From an uncultured Thermodesulfobacteriota bacterium (lineage in GTDB: Bacteria; Desulfobacterota; B13-G15): a stretch of DNA of 64,000 nucleotides. The notes beneath the pieces were generated by a model. The model had not been told where the DNA came from. It saw nothing but the letters and a program-made list of their open reading frames with translations, and searched no databases. Where the stretch lies: the NCBI GenBank assembly GCA_964543765.1, contig CAZIZI010000001.1, forward strand, positions 50,062-114,061, written 5' to 3'. This document shows, piece by piece, positions 51,673 to 61,360 of this stretch. The translations under genes were made by a program, and so were the position numbers. The first letter of the stretch is position 1; each line of letters starts with the position of its first letter.

Positions 51673-52839
51673 GTGAAAAGGGTCGCGTTGGAAGGATCCG
51701 TTGCAGTTGCTGAAGCGGTTAGACAATCCAATGTGGACGTTATTGCCGCTTATCCTATAACGCCTCAAACCCATATTGTGGAAAAGCTTTCAGAAATGGT
51801 GGTCTCAGGGGAACTCGATGCGGAGTTTGTGCCAGTTGAATCGGAACATTCTGCCTTGAGTGTCTGCATAGGGGCTTCGGCTTGTGGCGCCAGAGCCTTT
51901 ACAGCCACAAGCGGTCCCGGTTTGGCCTTAATGGCGGAGATAGTCTTTATCGCTTCCTCTATGAGGCTTCCCATGGTGATGGTGCTTTGTAATAGAACCC
52001 TTTCAGCCCCTTTGAGCATATGGAACGACCATTCGGATGCCATGCTAGTAAGGGATTCGGGATGGATACAGGTCTTTGTGAATAACGCTCAGGAAGCTTA
52101 CGATCACGTTTTCTTAGGTTATAGGATTAGTGAAGATCACAGGGTGTTAATACCTTATATGATTCATATGGATGGGTTTTTCCTGACCCATGCCATTGAA
52201 CCGGTTGAACCTCTAGATCAAGAAGTGGTGGACAAGTTTCTTCCTCCTTATCAACCCCTTTATCGCCTCGATCCTTCCAACCCTATAACGATGGGTGCTT
52301 TTGTCATGCCCGATCAATATGCCGAGGTCAAGAAGGCACAAGACGAGGCCTTAAAGGCTTCTTATCAGGTAATAGTTGAGGTATGGGAAAAATGGGGGGA
52401 ATTAACCGGGAGGTTTTATAAACCCGTTGAGAGTTTTTATCTTGAGGACGCGGAGTATGCCTTTTTAAGCGTTGGAAGTTATGGAGAAGTCGCTCAGGAG
52501 GCAGTAGAGTTTTTGAGGAAAAAAGGAAAAAAGGTGGGGCTTTTGAAACTTAGGTTATGGAGGCCTTTCCCCTTTGAGGAACTCCGAAAGGTCTTAATGG
52601 GGGTGAAGGCCCTTTTGGTGATAGATAGGGCTATATGTCCTGGAGGACCCGGGGGACAGGTGGCTTTGGAGGTTAGGTCAGCTTTTTATAAAATGGATGG
52701 GCCAAGGGTGGTGGATTTCATCGTGGGTATATCTGGAAGGGATGCCACACCTGAGGATTACGTGAAGATGTTTGAGATGGCTCCCGAGCTTCTGGAAAAG
52801 GGGCCGGAAGATTACATAATTTATGGAGTTAAAGAATGA
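51673..52839 (+). CDS. porA: Pyruvate/2-oxoacid:ferredoxin oxidoreductase alpha subunit
   Basis: AAYPITPQT, ESEHSA, TATSGPGL, NRTLSAP. Confidence 0.92.
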   Translation: MKRVALEGSVAVAEAVRQSNVDVIAAYPITPQTHIVEKLSEMVVSGELDAEFVPVESEHSALSVCIGASACGARAFTATSGPGLALMAEIVFIASSMRLPMVMVLCNRTLSAPLSIWNDHSDAMLVRDSGWIQVFVNNAQEAYDHVFLGYRISEDHRVLIPYMIHMDGFFLTHAIEPVEPLDQEVVDKFLPPYQPLYRLDPSNPITMGAFVMPDQYAEVKKAQDEALKASYQVIVEVWEKWGELTGRFYKPVESFYLEDAEYAFLSVGSYGEVAQEAVEFLRKKGKKVGLLKLRLWRPFPFEELRKVLMGVKALLVIDRAICPGGPGGQVALEVRSAFYKMDGPRVVDFIVGISGRDATPEDYVKMFEMAPELLEKGPEDYIIYGVKE

Positions 52840-53780
52840 GGGAGTTAGAAAAGATAAGGTTTACAAGGAAAAACTTACCTCGCGAGGAATACTTTCTTTC
52901 GGGGCATCGAGGGTGTCAGGGGTGCGGAGAAGCCGTGGCGTTAAGGCTTGCCATGAAGGCTTTGGGGAAAGATACAATTGTGGCCTGTGCTACAGGGTGT
53001 ATTGAGATCATATCCTCTCCTTTTCCGGAAACCGCTTGGGGGGTTCCTTGGATACATGTGGCTTTTGAAAATACCGCCGCGGTAATAAGTGGAGTCGAGG
53101 CGGCTTTAAAGGTCCTTATGAGGAAGGGCAGAGTGCCCGAGAAGAAGATCTTTTGCGTGGGAATAGCTGGAGACGGAGGCACCGCCGACATAGGTCTTCA
53201 AGCCCTTTCAGGGGCTTTAGAGAGGGGACACGATATACTTTATTTGTGTTTTGACAATGAAGCTTACATGAACACCGGCATCCAACGTTCATCTGCCACT
53301 CCTTTTGGCGCCTGGACTACTACTTCTCCCCCGGGTAAAAAGGCAAAGGGCCAGATGACCTGGAAAAAGAACCTACCCGAGATAGCCATAGCTCATAATA
53401 TACCCTATGTGGCCACCGCCTCTCCTGCTTATCCCTATGACCTAATGACCAAAGTCAGAAGAGGGGCCGAAGTGAAAGGGCCAGCCTATGTGCATATCTT
53501 TTCGCCTTGTCCAACGGGATGGAGGTGTCCTTCGAATCTCTCCATAGAAGTAGCGCGGCTTGCTGTGGAAACCGGTGTTTTTCCTCTTTTTGAGGTCATT
53601 GACGGCAAGTGGCGCATAAACCAACCTAAGAAAGAGCTTAAACCTGTAGAGGAATACCTTAAACTTCAAGGGCGTTTTCGACATTTGGACGAGGAGACCA
53701 TCAAACTTATTCAAAAACGAGTTAATGAGGAGTGGGAAAAGCTTAAGAAGAAGGCCTCCCTTTTTCCCTATGAGGAGTAA
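52836..53780 (+). CDS. porB: Pyruvate/2-oxoacid:ferredoxin oxidoreductase beta subunit
   Basis: GHRGCQGCG, GDGGTADIG, DNEAYMNTGIQRS, SPCPTGW. Confidence 0.92.
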   Translation: MRELEKIRFTRKNLPREEYFLSGHRGCQGCGEAVALRLAMKALGKDTIVACATGCIEIISSPFPETAWGVPWIHVAFENTAAVISGVEAALKVLMRKGRVPEKKIFCVGIAGDGGTADIGLQALSGALERGHDILYLCFDNEAYMNTGIQRSSATPFGAWTTTSPPGKKAKGQMTWKKNLPEIAIAHNIPYVATASPAYPYDLMTKVRRGAEVKGPAYVHIFSPCPTGWRCPSNLSIEVARLAVETGVFPLFEVIDGKWRINQPKKELKPVEEYLKLQGRFRHLDEETIKLIQKRVNEEWEKLKKKASLFPYEE

Positions 53781-54352
53781 CGCCTTATGACCTCTATGGC
53801 CAGGCCATAGAGGGCATCAAGCCTTAGGTGTTCTTGAGAAGTGGGGTCAAAAAGCACATTTAAACGGGGCGGAAACTCCTCATCGCCCTTCCACAAAACA
53901 AGAAGCATGGGTATCCGCGGAAGGGGGCGTAGAATTATTCCGGCATCTCCAACCCTTTTGATCTCTCCTCCGAGTTCTATACCCTTTTTTAGGAAGCCTT
54001 GGGGATCCCTTCCGTACTTTTGAAGAAGCCCATCTAAAGGCAGGGGATGGCTTTGAGCAAAGCCCCTTCCACCTTTTAGGTCTTTAAGGGAGACCCATCG
54101 TCCTTGAGGTTCTATCTGTTTTGCTCCAATGAGGTACTCCAAGATTGAGACTTCAAGTTCAGGACTCGTTTCCCTTCCGGAAATGACTGTTAATTCTCCC
54201 TTAGGGTCTAAAGCGTAAAGGTCATTTAAAAAAGGGATGACAAACCTTTGACCATCATATCTGATCGAGCTTCTTCTTGAGACATCCCAGGGGTCCAATT
54301 CGTTTAGCCTATCGTAAAGGCTTTTATGAACGAAATGGATGGGTTCAGTCAT
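53768..54352 (-). CDS. DUF3786-like protein
   Basis: ILEYL...WVSLKDLKGG, PLPRIPMLLVLWKGDEEFP...VLFD pattern. Confidence 0.72.
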   Translation of the reverse strand: MTEPIHFVHKSLYDRLNELDPWDVSRRSSIRYDGQRFVIPFLNDLYALDPKGELTVISGRETSPELEVSILEYLIGAKQIEPQGRWVSLKDLKGGRGFAQSHPLPLDGLLQKYGRDPQGFLKKGIELGGEIKRVGDAGIILRPLPRIPMLLVLWKGDEEFPPRLNVLFDPTSQEHLRLDALYGLAIEVIRRYSS

Positions 54353-55403
54353 TTTGAGCCTCCTTCTTCAAAATCAGAACCTTAAAGACCTTGCCCATCA
54401 TTTGAGGCAGAAGCAGAATTTTGGCCTGAAGCCTTTCTTTTAACTTATCCTCTCCCTCTAACTCCTCCAAAATACCACATTCGATTAAGAACTTATCAAG
54501 CTCACAAAAACGTAAAACTTTTACCCCCCTTTCTTCCGCTTTTTTGATAAAGGCGCTAAAATTCAAAGAAGAGGTCAAATCGCTATTCCCTGGATCATCC
54601 AAGAACTCCTTAAAAACCTTATGGTTTTTATACGCCCTTAAAGTGCCTTGGGGGAAAAGGCCCAGAAGAAGTTCCTTAGTTGTATACCCGTAATCTATTA
54701 GGAGAACGAATCCCTCTTTTAATCTTTTTAAAAGATCCTCAAAAAACTGAAGTCCCAAAATATGGGCCTCCGCAAAGGTGCCCTCAGGTGGCATTTCCCC
54801 TACGTAATAATCAAAATATTCTTTTACGGCCTCTGAAGCCGGAAAAAGGATCTGGCGAAATTCACCATCGAAAAAGTCAATTCTTACCTCCCAGAGTTTT
54901 CCATTCTCGACTTTTACCCTTTCAACGGGAAAGGCATCGAAGAACTCATTACCTATGACGATCCCCCTGATCTCCTTTATCGCTTCCCAAGAAGGCCATT
55001 TTACCTTTCCTTCAAATTCCTTAAGAAGTTCTTTTTGGCGTTTGATCGAATGAGGGCTTTTCTCCATGGAAAGATACTCTACCTTTTCAAAAAGAAGAGA
55101 ATCCCTTTCCCTTAAGGCACTTAAAAGATCCTTTCCTAAATGCCCTTCGCCACTCCCAAGTTCAAGAAGCGAAAAGTTTCCTCCAATTTCCTCCGAAACC
55201 TTTAAAATCCATTTGGAGAGCACCTTTCCAAAAAGATGACTTACAGTTGGAGCGGTAAAATAATCGCCAGCTTTCCCTTGGCGCACTTTAGCTTGCATGT
55301 AATAGCCCCCTTGGGGATGATAAAGGGAAAGATCCATGAAGCTGGAAAAGGATATGGGGCCTTTCTCCTTTATCTCTCGGATTAATATTTCTCTAATCAC
55401 CAA
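54345..55403 (-). CDS. MidA/NDUFAF7-like SAM-dependent methyltransferase
   Basis: FMDLSLYHPQGGYY, GDYFTAP, ELGSGEG, NEFFDAFP, IDYG, DLTSSLNF. Confidence 0.88.
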   Translation of the reverse strand: MVIREILIREIKEKGPISFSSFMDLSLYHPQGGYYMQAKVRQGKAGDYFTAPTVSHLFGKVLSKWILKVSEEIGGNFSLLELGSGEGHLGKDLLSALRERDSLLFEKVEYLSMEKSPHSIKRQKELLKEFEGKVKWPSWEAIKEIRGIVIGNEFFDAFPVERVKVENGKLWEVRIDFFDGEFRQILFPASEAVKEYFDYYVGEMPPEGTFAEAHILGLQFFEDLLKRLKEGFVLLIDYGYTTKELLLGLFPQGTLRAYKNHKVFKEFLDDPGNSDLTSSLNFSAFIKKAEERGVKVLRFCELDKFLIECGILEELEGEDKLKERLQAKILLLPQMMGKVFKVLILKKEAQND

Positions 55404-55767
55404 GGCCTTCTATCCTTATTTTTCCTCCCTCTTTAACTGCCTTTAGAGCCTTTTCTCCTTCTTTTATACGTCCCACTAAATTGACCTCACTTGCAGGTAC
55501 TGGGTCTTCCGAAGTGCTAAGGGGTGTAGGTCCGAAAAAGATGGCAAGGGCCCTACCAGGTGGCCAGTATCCTATATGGCCACTTTTCACCTTTGTTGTG
55601 GCCGTCTCATCTAAGGGGTAAGAAAGGGGAATCTCGAAATATATCTCATCGCCCCACCTTCTTACCTGCCCTTCAATCGGCAAGAGTTTCATTATCGCTT
55701 TGCCACAAGGGGTTTCGAAAAGCTCTCCTTCAAGAGAGATATTCCCTAAGGAGATCTTTATCCGCAT
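55393..55767 (-). CDS. Cyclophilin-like fold protein (DUF369-like)
   Basis: WGDEIYF, GYWPPGRALAIFFGPTP, PASEVNLVGR. Confidence 0.85.
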   Translation of the reverse strand: MRIKISLGNISLEGELFETPCGKAIMKLLPIEGQVRRWGDEIYFEIPLSYPLDETATTKVKSGHIGYWPPGRALAIFFGPTPLSTSEDPVPASEVNLVGRIKEGEKALKAVKEGGKIRIEGLGD

Positions 55768-56614
55768 CTTCTTCCTCCAGAGTTCTTAAAATCGCCAAAT
55801 TAATCTCATCAAAGTCCTTACCGTCTGGGGTCTTCCCCTTGGGGGTTTCGATGATAAAGGGCAAGTCTCGAAAGGATTCTTCTTGGATAAAGAGTTTAAA
55901 GGGCAAAAGCCCCATACGGCCACACCCAATATGCTCATGCCTATCCCTCCCGGAGCCACATTCGTCCTTTGCGTCGTTCAAATGAACGAGTTTGACCTTT
56001 TTTAATCCGACCAAATGTTCGAGTTCTCTGAGGAGGGACTCAAAGCCGTTCGGGATCGTTAAGTCATACCCTGCGGCCCAAAGGTGACAGCTGTCAAGAC
56101 ATATTCCTACCTTCTCTTCCTTTTCCAAGAGTTCAAAAAGGCGAGCAAAATCCTGGATCTTTGATCCTACGGCCCGAGGACTCGGAGATGTCTCAAGGAG
56201 AATCATTATGTCTTCAAGATCCCACAGCACTAAATTAAGGGTTCTTGCGATCCTGAAAAGGTCTTCCTCTTTTCCATTACCCCCCGATTTTAGGTGAAGT
56301 ACGTAATAAGGAATACGAAGCTTTCGGGCTATGGAGAGTTCTTCCATTAAAGTAAGGATGCTTTTTTCGTAAAGTTTTTCATCCTTTGAAGCGAGGTTTA
56401 TCAAATAGCTTGAGTGGGCGATATTTATCTGTATGTCTGAGTTCTTTAGAGAATCGAAAAAGGCCGTTACTTCTTCCTCCTTAAGGTTTTTTTTCTCCCA
56501 AGAACGGGCATTTTTGAGAAAGAACTGAAGACTTTTACACCCTAAGGCCTTGGCCTCTTCAACTGCCCTCCAATATCCTCCGGCAATTGACATGTGAGCT
56601 CCAAGTTTTCTCAT
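55730..56614 (-). CDS. nfo: Endonuclease IV
   Basis: GAHMSIAGG, HSSYLINLAS, LLET, CLDSCH, HLND, DRHEHIG, IIETP. Confidence 0.95.
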   Translation of the reverse strand: MRKLGAHMSIAGGYWRAVEEAKALGCKSLQFFLKNARSWEKKNLKEEEVTAFFDSLKNSDIQINIAHSSYLINLASKDEKLYEKSILTLMEELSIARKLRIPYYVLHLKSGGNGKEEDLFRIARTLNLVLWDLEDIMILLETSPSPRAVGSKIQDFARLFELLEKEEKVGICLDSCHLWAAGYDLTIPNGFESLLRELEHLVGLKKVKLVHLNDAKDECGSGRDRHEHIGCGRMGLLPFKLFIQEESFRDLPFIIETPKGKTPDGKDFDEINLAILRTLEEEDADKDLLREYLS

Positions 56615-57972
56615 TCAAGTTCCCTTTTGGTTTCTTCAAGTAATTTTTCCACCAAGGCCTTTATCTCTTTGAGTCTTTCTTTCGTTTGGGCTTCAAACCT
56701 TAAGACCAAAGCAGGTTGGGTGTTAGATGCCCTTATGAGCCCCCATCCGTCACGGAATTTTAACCTTACACCATCAATGTCCACAAACTCGTACTTTCCT
56801 CTTATCTTTTCCTTGAAGGCTTCGACGACCTTAAATTTTACTTCGTCGGGAGAAGGAACCCTTATCTCCGGAGTCACATAGGTCTCAGGGACTCCTTCAA
56901 GGAGCTGTGAGGGGGTTTTCCCTGTTTCAGCTATTATCTCCAAAAGCCTCAAAGAGGCATATATGGCATCATCAAAGCCGAAATACCTGTCAGCGAAAAA
57001 CATGTGCCCTGACATCTCTCCTGCTAAAACGGCTCCTTCCTGTTTCATTTTCTCCTTTATCAACGAATGTCCAGTTTTGTACATTATGGGTATTCCTCCG
57101 AGTTTTTCTATTTCTTCGAAAAGTACCTGTGAGCACTTAACCTCCGCGATGATCTTTGCTCCTTTCAGTTGGTGAAGGATGGATCGAGCGAAGATGATAA
57201 GCAACTTATCCCCCCAGATAATCCGGCCCTTCTCATCCACAACCCCTAATCGATCCCCATCACCGTCATAACCAAAGCCCACGTGAGCACCCTTTTCTCT
57301 TATGGTATTTATTAGATCCCTCAAATTCTCTTCCACAATGGGATCAGGATGATGGTTGGGGAAACGTCCATCAGGTTCCAGATTCAAGGAGTAGGCCTCA
57401 CATCCAAGTTCTTCAAGCAAAGGCATTATAACTGGACCTACAGTGCCATTGCCCGGGTCAATGGCCACTTTAAGCTTCCTTTTAAGCTTTATGTCCTTCA
57501 AGATGAAAGCCTTATAATCGGGAAAGATATCATAAAAAGAAAGTTTTCCCTTTCCTCTGACAAATTCACCTCTTTCGGCTATCTCCCTTATTTTTTGGAT
57601 CTCCGGTCCCCAAATGGCGTCTTTTCCCACGCATATCTTAAAGCCGTTAAACTCGGGGGGATTGTGACTTGCAGTTATCATCACCCCTCCTTCCTTTTTG
57701 AGCCAAACGATGGAGAAATAAAGCAATGGCGTGGGCGTCATTCCTAAATCGGTGACCTCAAGGCCCGTTTGAAGGAGCCCTTCTAAGAGGGCCTCTCTAA
57801 AAGAAGGCGAGCTTAACCTGCAGTCCCTCGAAAGCGTTATATCCTTTATTCCCCTTTCCCTATAATAGGTGCCTATCGCCTGACCTAGAAGCCTTACTGT
57901 TTCAAATGTAAGATCCTCTCCTTCCCGACCCCTTATGTCATATTCACGGAAGATAAGGGGATTAAGCTTCAT
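56611..57972 (-). CDS. Phosphomannomutase/phosphoglucomutase
   Basis: FREYDIRG, TASHNP, DGDGDR, GEMSGH, RASNT. Confidence 0.95.
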   Translation of the reverse strand: MKLNPLIFREYDIRGREGEDLTFETVRLLGQAIGTYYRERGIKDITLSRDCRLSSPSFREALLEGLLQTGLEVTDLGMTPTPLLYFSIVWLKKEGGVMITASHNPPEFNGFKICVGKDAIWGPEIQKIREIAERGEFVRGKGKLSFYDIFPDYKAFILKDIKLKRKLKVAIDPGNGTVGPVIMPLLEELGCEAYSLNLEPDGRFPNHHPDPIVEENLRDLINTIREKGAHVGFGYDGDGDRLGVVDEKGRIIWGDKLLIIFARSILHQLKGAKIIAEVKCSQVLFEEIEKLGGIPIMYKTGHSLIKEKMKQEGAVLAGEMSGHMFFADRYFGFDDAIYASLRLLEIIAETGKTPSQLLEGVPETYVTPEIRVPSPDEVKFKVVEAFKEKIRGKYEFVDIDGVRLKFRDGWGLIRASNTQPALVLRFEAQTKERLKEIKALVEKLLEETKRELE

Positions 57973-58360
57973 CTTGTGCCTCCCTGAGCTTATTGATCCT
58001 AATCTCCTTTAAGGTCTTTTCGAATTCTCTAAGCAAAAAGCGCTTTTTAAAATCCGGGTGTTGAAGATAAGGAAGTGCGTTCTCTTCAAAAAAACGAAGG
58101 TTTTTTTCTATCTCCTTAGGCAGATCTTTTTCCCTTATGCCCACCTTAACGATCTCGCTTTTGTAAAAGACCTCCTTTCCCATGGCATTTATGGCCTCTT
58201 CGGCCAAAGGATCTTCCTTCGGAAAAACCGATGGATCCACTTGGATTTTACCCTTTATCTCCAGTTTGAGGTTCCAGAAATCGGCCCAATAGTTTTCACT
58301 CAGGTCCCATACCTCCAATTTTAGGTTATTTTTCAAACAATAGCGTTTAATCAGCTTCAT
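57962..58360 (-). CDS. Hypothetical protein
   Basis: 132 aa ORF overlapping both neighbours in operon fashion; YLQHPDF block; no recognised family. Confidence 0.7.
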   Translation of the reverse strand: MKLIKRYCLKNNLKLEVWDLSENYWADFWNLKLEIKGKIQVDPSVFPKEDPLAEEAINAMGKEVFYKSEIVKVGIREKDLPKEIEKNLRFFEENALPYLQHPDFKKRFLLREFEKTLKEIRINKLREAQDEA

Positions 58361-58809
58361 TCCGAAAGTGAGAGCATCATAGCGATTTCGTCACAGTTCG
58401 GGAACTTAACGCATTTCAAACAATCTCCCCAGATCTTTTGGGGAAGGATCTCTTTTGGAACTATCCCAAAACCAAACCTTTTGAAATATGCGGGTATGTA
58501 AGTGAGAAGGAAGACCCTCTTTATCCCCAATTCGCTGGCCTCCTTTAGGGCAGCTTTTATCAAAGCTTCCCCGACTCCCTTTCCCCTTGATTCCTTTTGA
58601 ACCGCTAAAGACCTCAATTCGGCCAGGTCCTCCCAACATACGTGAAGGGCGCACACCCCTTGAATCCGTCCATCTTCTTCGTAAACAAAAAAATCCCTGA
58701 TATTATCGTATATCTCCCCAAGAGCCCTCGGAAGCAGCAATCCCTCTTTAGCATAAGTGTTTATAAGGTCCTGAATCCTGAGGGCATCACTTGCCTTTGC
58801 CTTCCTTAT
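58357..58809 (-). CDS. GNAT N-acetyltransferase (short N-acetylglutamate synthase-like); start uncertain
   Basis: IRKAK, LLPRALGEIYDNIRDF, LAELRSLAV, KIWGDCLKC. The homology-like start coincides with an ATA codon; the nearest canonical start is GTG at 58890 inside recN. Confidence 0.82.
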   Translation of the reverse strand: MRKAKASDALRIQDLINTYAKEGLLLPRALGEIYDNIRDFFVYEEDGRIQGVCALHVCWEDLAELRSLAVQKESRGKGVGEALIKAALKEASELGIKRVFLLTYIPAYFKRFGFGIVPKEILPQKIWGDCLKCVKFPNCDEIAMMLSLSE

Positions 58810-60428
58810 CCCTGTAAAATGAGCTCTTCCGCTTGTTTCAAGGTTACCGGGGTTATGTAATTTCCCGCTAACATCCTGGCTATTTCCCACTTTCGTTCCT
58901 CCCCTTCGATCTCCTCCACTATTACTTTAGTCCTTCCTCCCACTACCTCCTTTTTGACCCTTAGATGATGATCGGCCTTTGCCGCAATTTGAGGTAGATG
59001 GGTTACGCATAAAAGTTGGTATCTTTTCGCGAGTTCCTTCAACTTGGATCCCACAACCTGCGCAGTTATTCCACCAATTCCAGTGTCGATCTCATCAAAT
59101 ACCAAAACTTTGGTTTCCCCTTTTAAGGAGAGGTTTTTCAAAGCGAGCATAGTCCTTGAGAGCTCTCCTCCCGAAGCTACTGCCCATAAGGGGCGGGCTT
59201 CTTCTCCTGGGTTTGCTGAAAACATAAACTCTCCCTCTTCTTTTCCGAAAGCCCCAATTCTTATCCCCTCTATCTCAAGCCCTTCCTTGGGTTCCCGAAA
59301 GGTAAAGGAAAAGTAGGCATTGGGCATTCCCAATTCCTTCAGGGCTTCCTTCATCCTTGAGGAAAGCCTCTGGGCGAACTCGGCCCTTTTCTCCGAAAGC
59401 TCCTGGGCCAATCTTATAAGTTCCTTTCCCAACTGTTCCTTTTCTCTTTTCGTTTCTTTGAGTTGATCCTCCAGATTTTCCAAGCTCTGAAGTTCATCGG
59501 TTAAGGTCTTCTTTATCTCTAAAAGTTCTTTTAGGTCCTTTGCCCCGTATTTTTCTTTTAACCTCTGTAATTGGAAGAGACGGTTCTCTATGCGATCAAG
59601 TTCCTGGGGATCGAGTTCCAATTGACTTAGGAATTTCTCGGCCTCGAATTCCAATTCCTCCAGCGAAGCCTTGATCTCTTCGCATACTTGGGTCCATTTT
59701 TCGAGTTTAAGATCAAGGGATTTAATTCTTCCCAAAATCCTTAGCGCTTCCTTTACTCCCTTAAGGGTGGTGTTCATTTCTTCCTTTAACAGCGAAAGCG
59801 TTTCCACCAATTTTTGCTTCTCCAGCAGAAGTTTTCGGCGTTCATTTAACTTTTCGTCTTCTTCGGGATTTATCTTGGCGCTCTCAAGCTCGTTAAGTTG
59901 ATACAGAATAAACTCCCTTTTTCTCTGGGATTCTAAACTTGTGAGCTTTAAGGATTGATATTTGCGTTCGAGTTCCAAATAAATTTCGTAAAGCCTCCGA
60001 TAAGTTTGCCTTTCCTCCATTAAGTTTGCCAGTTGATCAAACACCTCGAGATGTGTCTCAGGATCACGAAGGAGGTAATGTTGTTCTTGCCCATATATAT
60101 CGAGTAATTTTCGACAGAGACCGCTTAACTCCCCTTGAGAAACGGGCTTTCCGTTAAGGTAAGACCGACTTTTCCCCTTACGGCTTATGATCCTTTTGAA
60201 GCTTATCTTCTGGCCTTCTACGAAAAAAATGGCCTCCACGCTCCCTTCCTCTTCGCCGGTACGAATTAAAAAAGGTGACCCCTTTCCCCCTACAAGAAGA
60301 TCCAAAGCCACAACCACCATGGATTTTCCCACCCCGGTTTCTCCCGTTAAAACATTAAACCCGGGCTTGAAATTTATGGTTATTTCATCAATTACGGCGA
60401 GGTTTTGGATCTTTAAACTTAAAAGCAA
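58806..60428 (-). CDS. recN: DNA repair protein RecN
   Basis: TGETGVGKS, coiled coil, ASGGELSR, VFDEIDTGIGG, VTHLPQIAA; TTG start at 60428. Confidence 0.95.
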   Translation of the reverse strand: MLLSLKIQNLAVIDEITINFKPGFNVLTGETGVGKSMVVVALDLLVGGKGSPFLIRTGEEEGSVEAIFFVEGQKISFKRIISRKGKSRSYLNGKPVSQGELSGLCRKLLDIYGQEQHYLLRDPETHLEVFDQLANLMEERQTYRRLYEIYLELERKYQSLKLTSLESQRKREFILYQLNELESAKINPEEDEKLNERRKLLLEKQKLVETLSLLKEEMNTTLKGVKEALRILGRIKSLDLKLEKWTQVCEEIKASLEELEFEAEKFLSQLELDPQELDRIENRLFQLQRLKEKYGAKDLKELLEIKKTLTDELQSLENLEDQLKETKREKEQLGKELIRLAQELSEKRAEFAQRLSSRMKEALKELGMPNAYFSFTFREPKEGLEIEGIRIGAFGKEEGEFMFSANPGEEARPLWAVASGGELSRTMLALKNLSLKGETKVLVFDEIDTGIGGITAQVVGSKLKELAKRYQLLCVTHLPQIAAKADHHLRVKKEVVGGRTKVIVEEIEGEERKWEIARMLAGNYITPVTLKQAEELILQG

Positions 60429-61300
60429 TCTTTCCCTCCGCTTGAAACCCCGAAAATGTCCCCTCCCCATTTGAGCTTTGTGCGTAAAAGGTCATAATAA
60501 GTTCGGAAAGGACATTTGACCAAGGTCACATCGCTTCCTTTGGCTCTGGAGACATTTACCAACGTTCCAGCAGGCAATTTGAAACCGATCTGTCCATCGA
60601 GGGTTAGATAGACTTCTTCCTCTCGAGAAGAATGAAACAGGGTTACCACGGAACTGTCGGGAATGAGGAGGGGCCTGTTGGTAAGGGTGTGGGGGCATAT
60701 GGGAACGATCACTATAGCTTGAATCCTTGGATCTACAATAGGTCCTCCTGCCGAGAGACAATAAGCCGTTGAACCCGTGGGCGTGGACACAATAAGACCA
60801 TCCCCTCTGAAGACCGTTAAAAAGGTCCCGTCCACCTTAGCGATTATGGGGATTATACGAGCTAATGCCCCTTTATTTATCACCACATCGTTAAGCACCA
60901 AAAACTCCTTATCCGGATAGCATTCTACTTCCACTTTGAGAAGGCTTCGTCGCTCGACCTCAAAATCTCCTCCCAAAACCTTTTTTAAAATCGAAAAAAG
61001 TTCCTCTTGAGAGAAAGCCGTTAGAAATCCAAGCCCTCCTAAATTGACCCCGAGTATGGGAACCCCTGAACCAGCGAAGATCCTAACCGCAGCAAGCATC
61101 GTTCCATCGCCTCCTAATACCACCGCCAGGTCCACTTTCTGTTTAAGTTCTTCAGGAGGAAGCCCCTTTATTGGCAAAAGCCTTCCGATTTCCTCTTCCA
61201 CAAACACTTCGACCCCCTGCGTACTAAGCCACACCACCAATTCCGGAAGGATCCTTAAGGCTTCCGGTTTCTTTTTGACGATGATGCCGATTCGTTTCAT
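60419..61300 (-). CDS. nadK: NAD kinase
   Basis: GGDGTML, LGVNLGGLGF, LNDVVI, DGLIVSTPTGSTAYCLSAGGP; start MKRIGIIV at 61300 preferred (alternative 61330). Confidence 0.95.
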   Translation of the reverse strand: MKRIGIIVKKKPEALRILPELVVWLSTQGVEVFVEEEIGRLLPIKGLPPEELKQKVDLAVVLGGDGTMLAAVRIFAGSGVPILGVNLGGLGFLTAFSQEELFSILKKVLGGDFEVERRSLLKVEVECYPDKEFLVLNDVVINKGALARIIPIIAKVDGTFLTVFRGDGLIVSTPTGSTAYCLSAGGPIVDPRIQAIVIVPICPHTLTNRPLLIPDSSVVTLFHSSREEEVYLTLDGQIGFKLPAGTLVNVSRAKGSDVTLVKCPFRTYYDLLRTKLKWGGDIFGVSSGGKDCF

Positions 61301-61360
61301 ATTCAAAAGGATATCACCGAGTCTTTTCATGGAGCAAGCTAAGTGTTAAAAAGGAACTTT

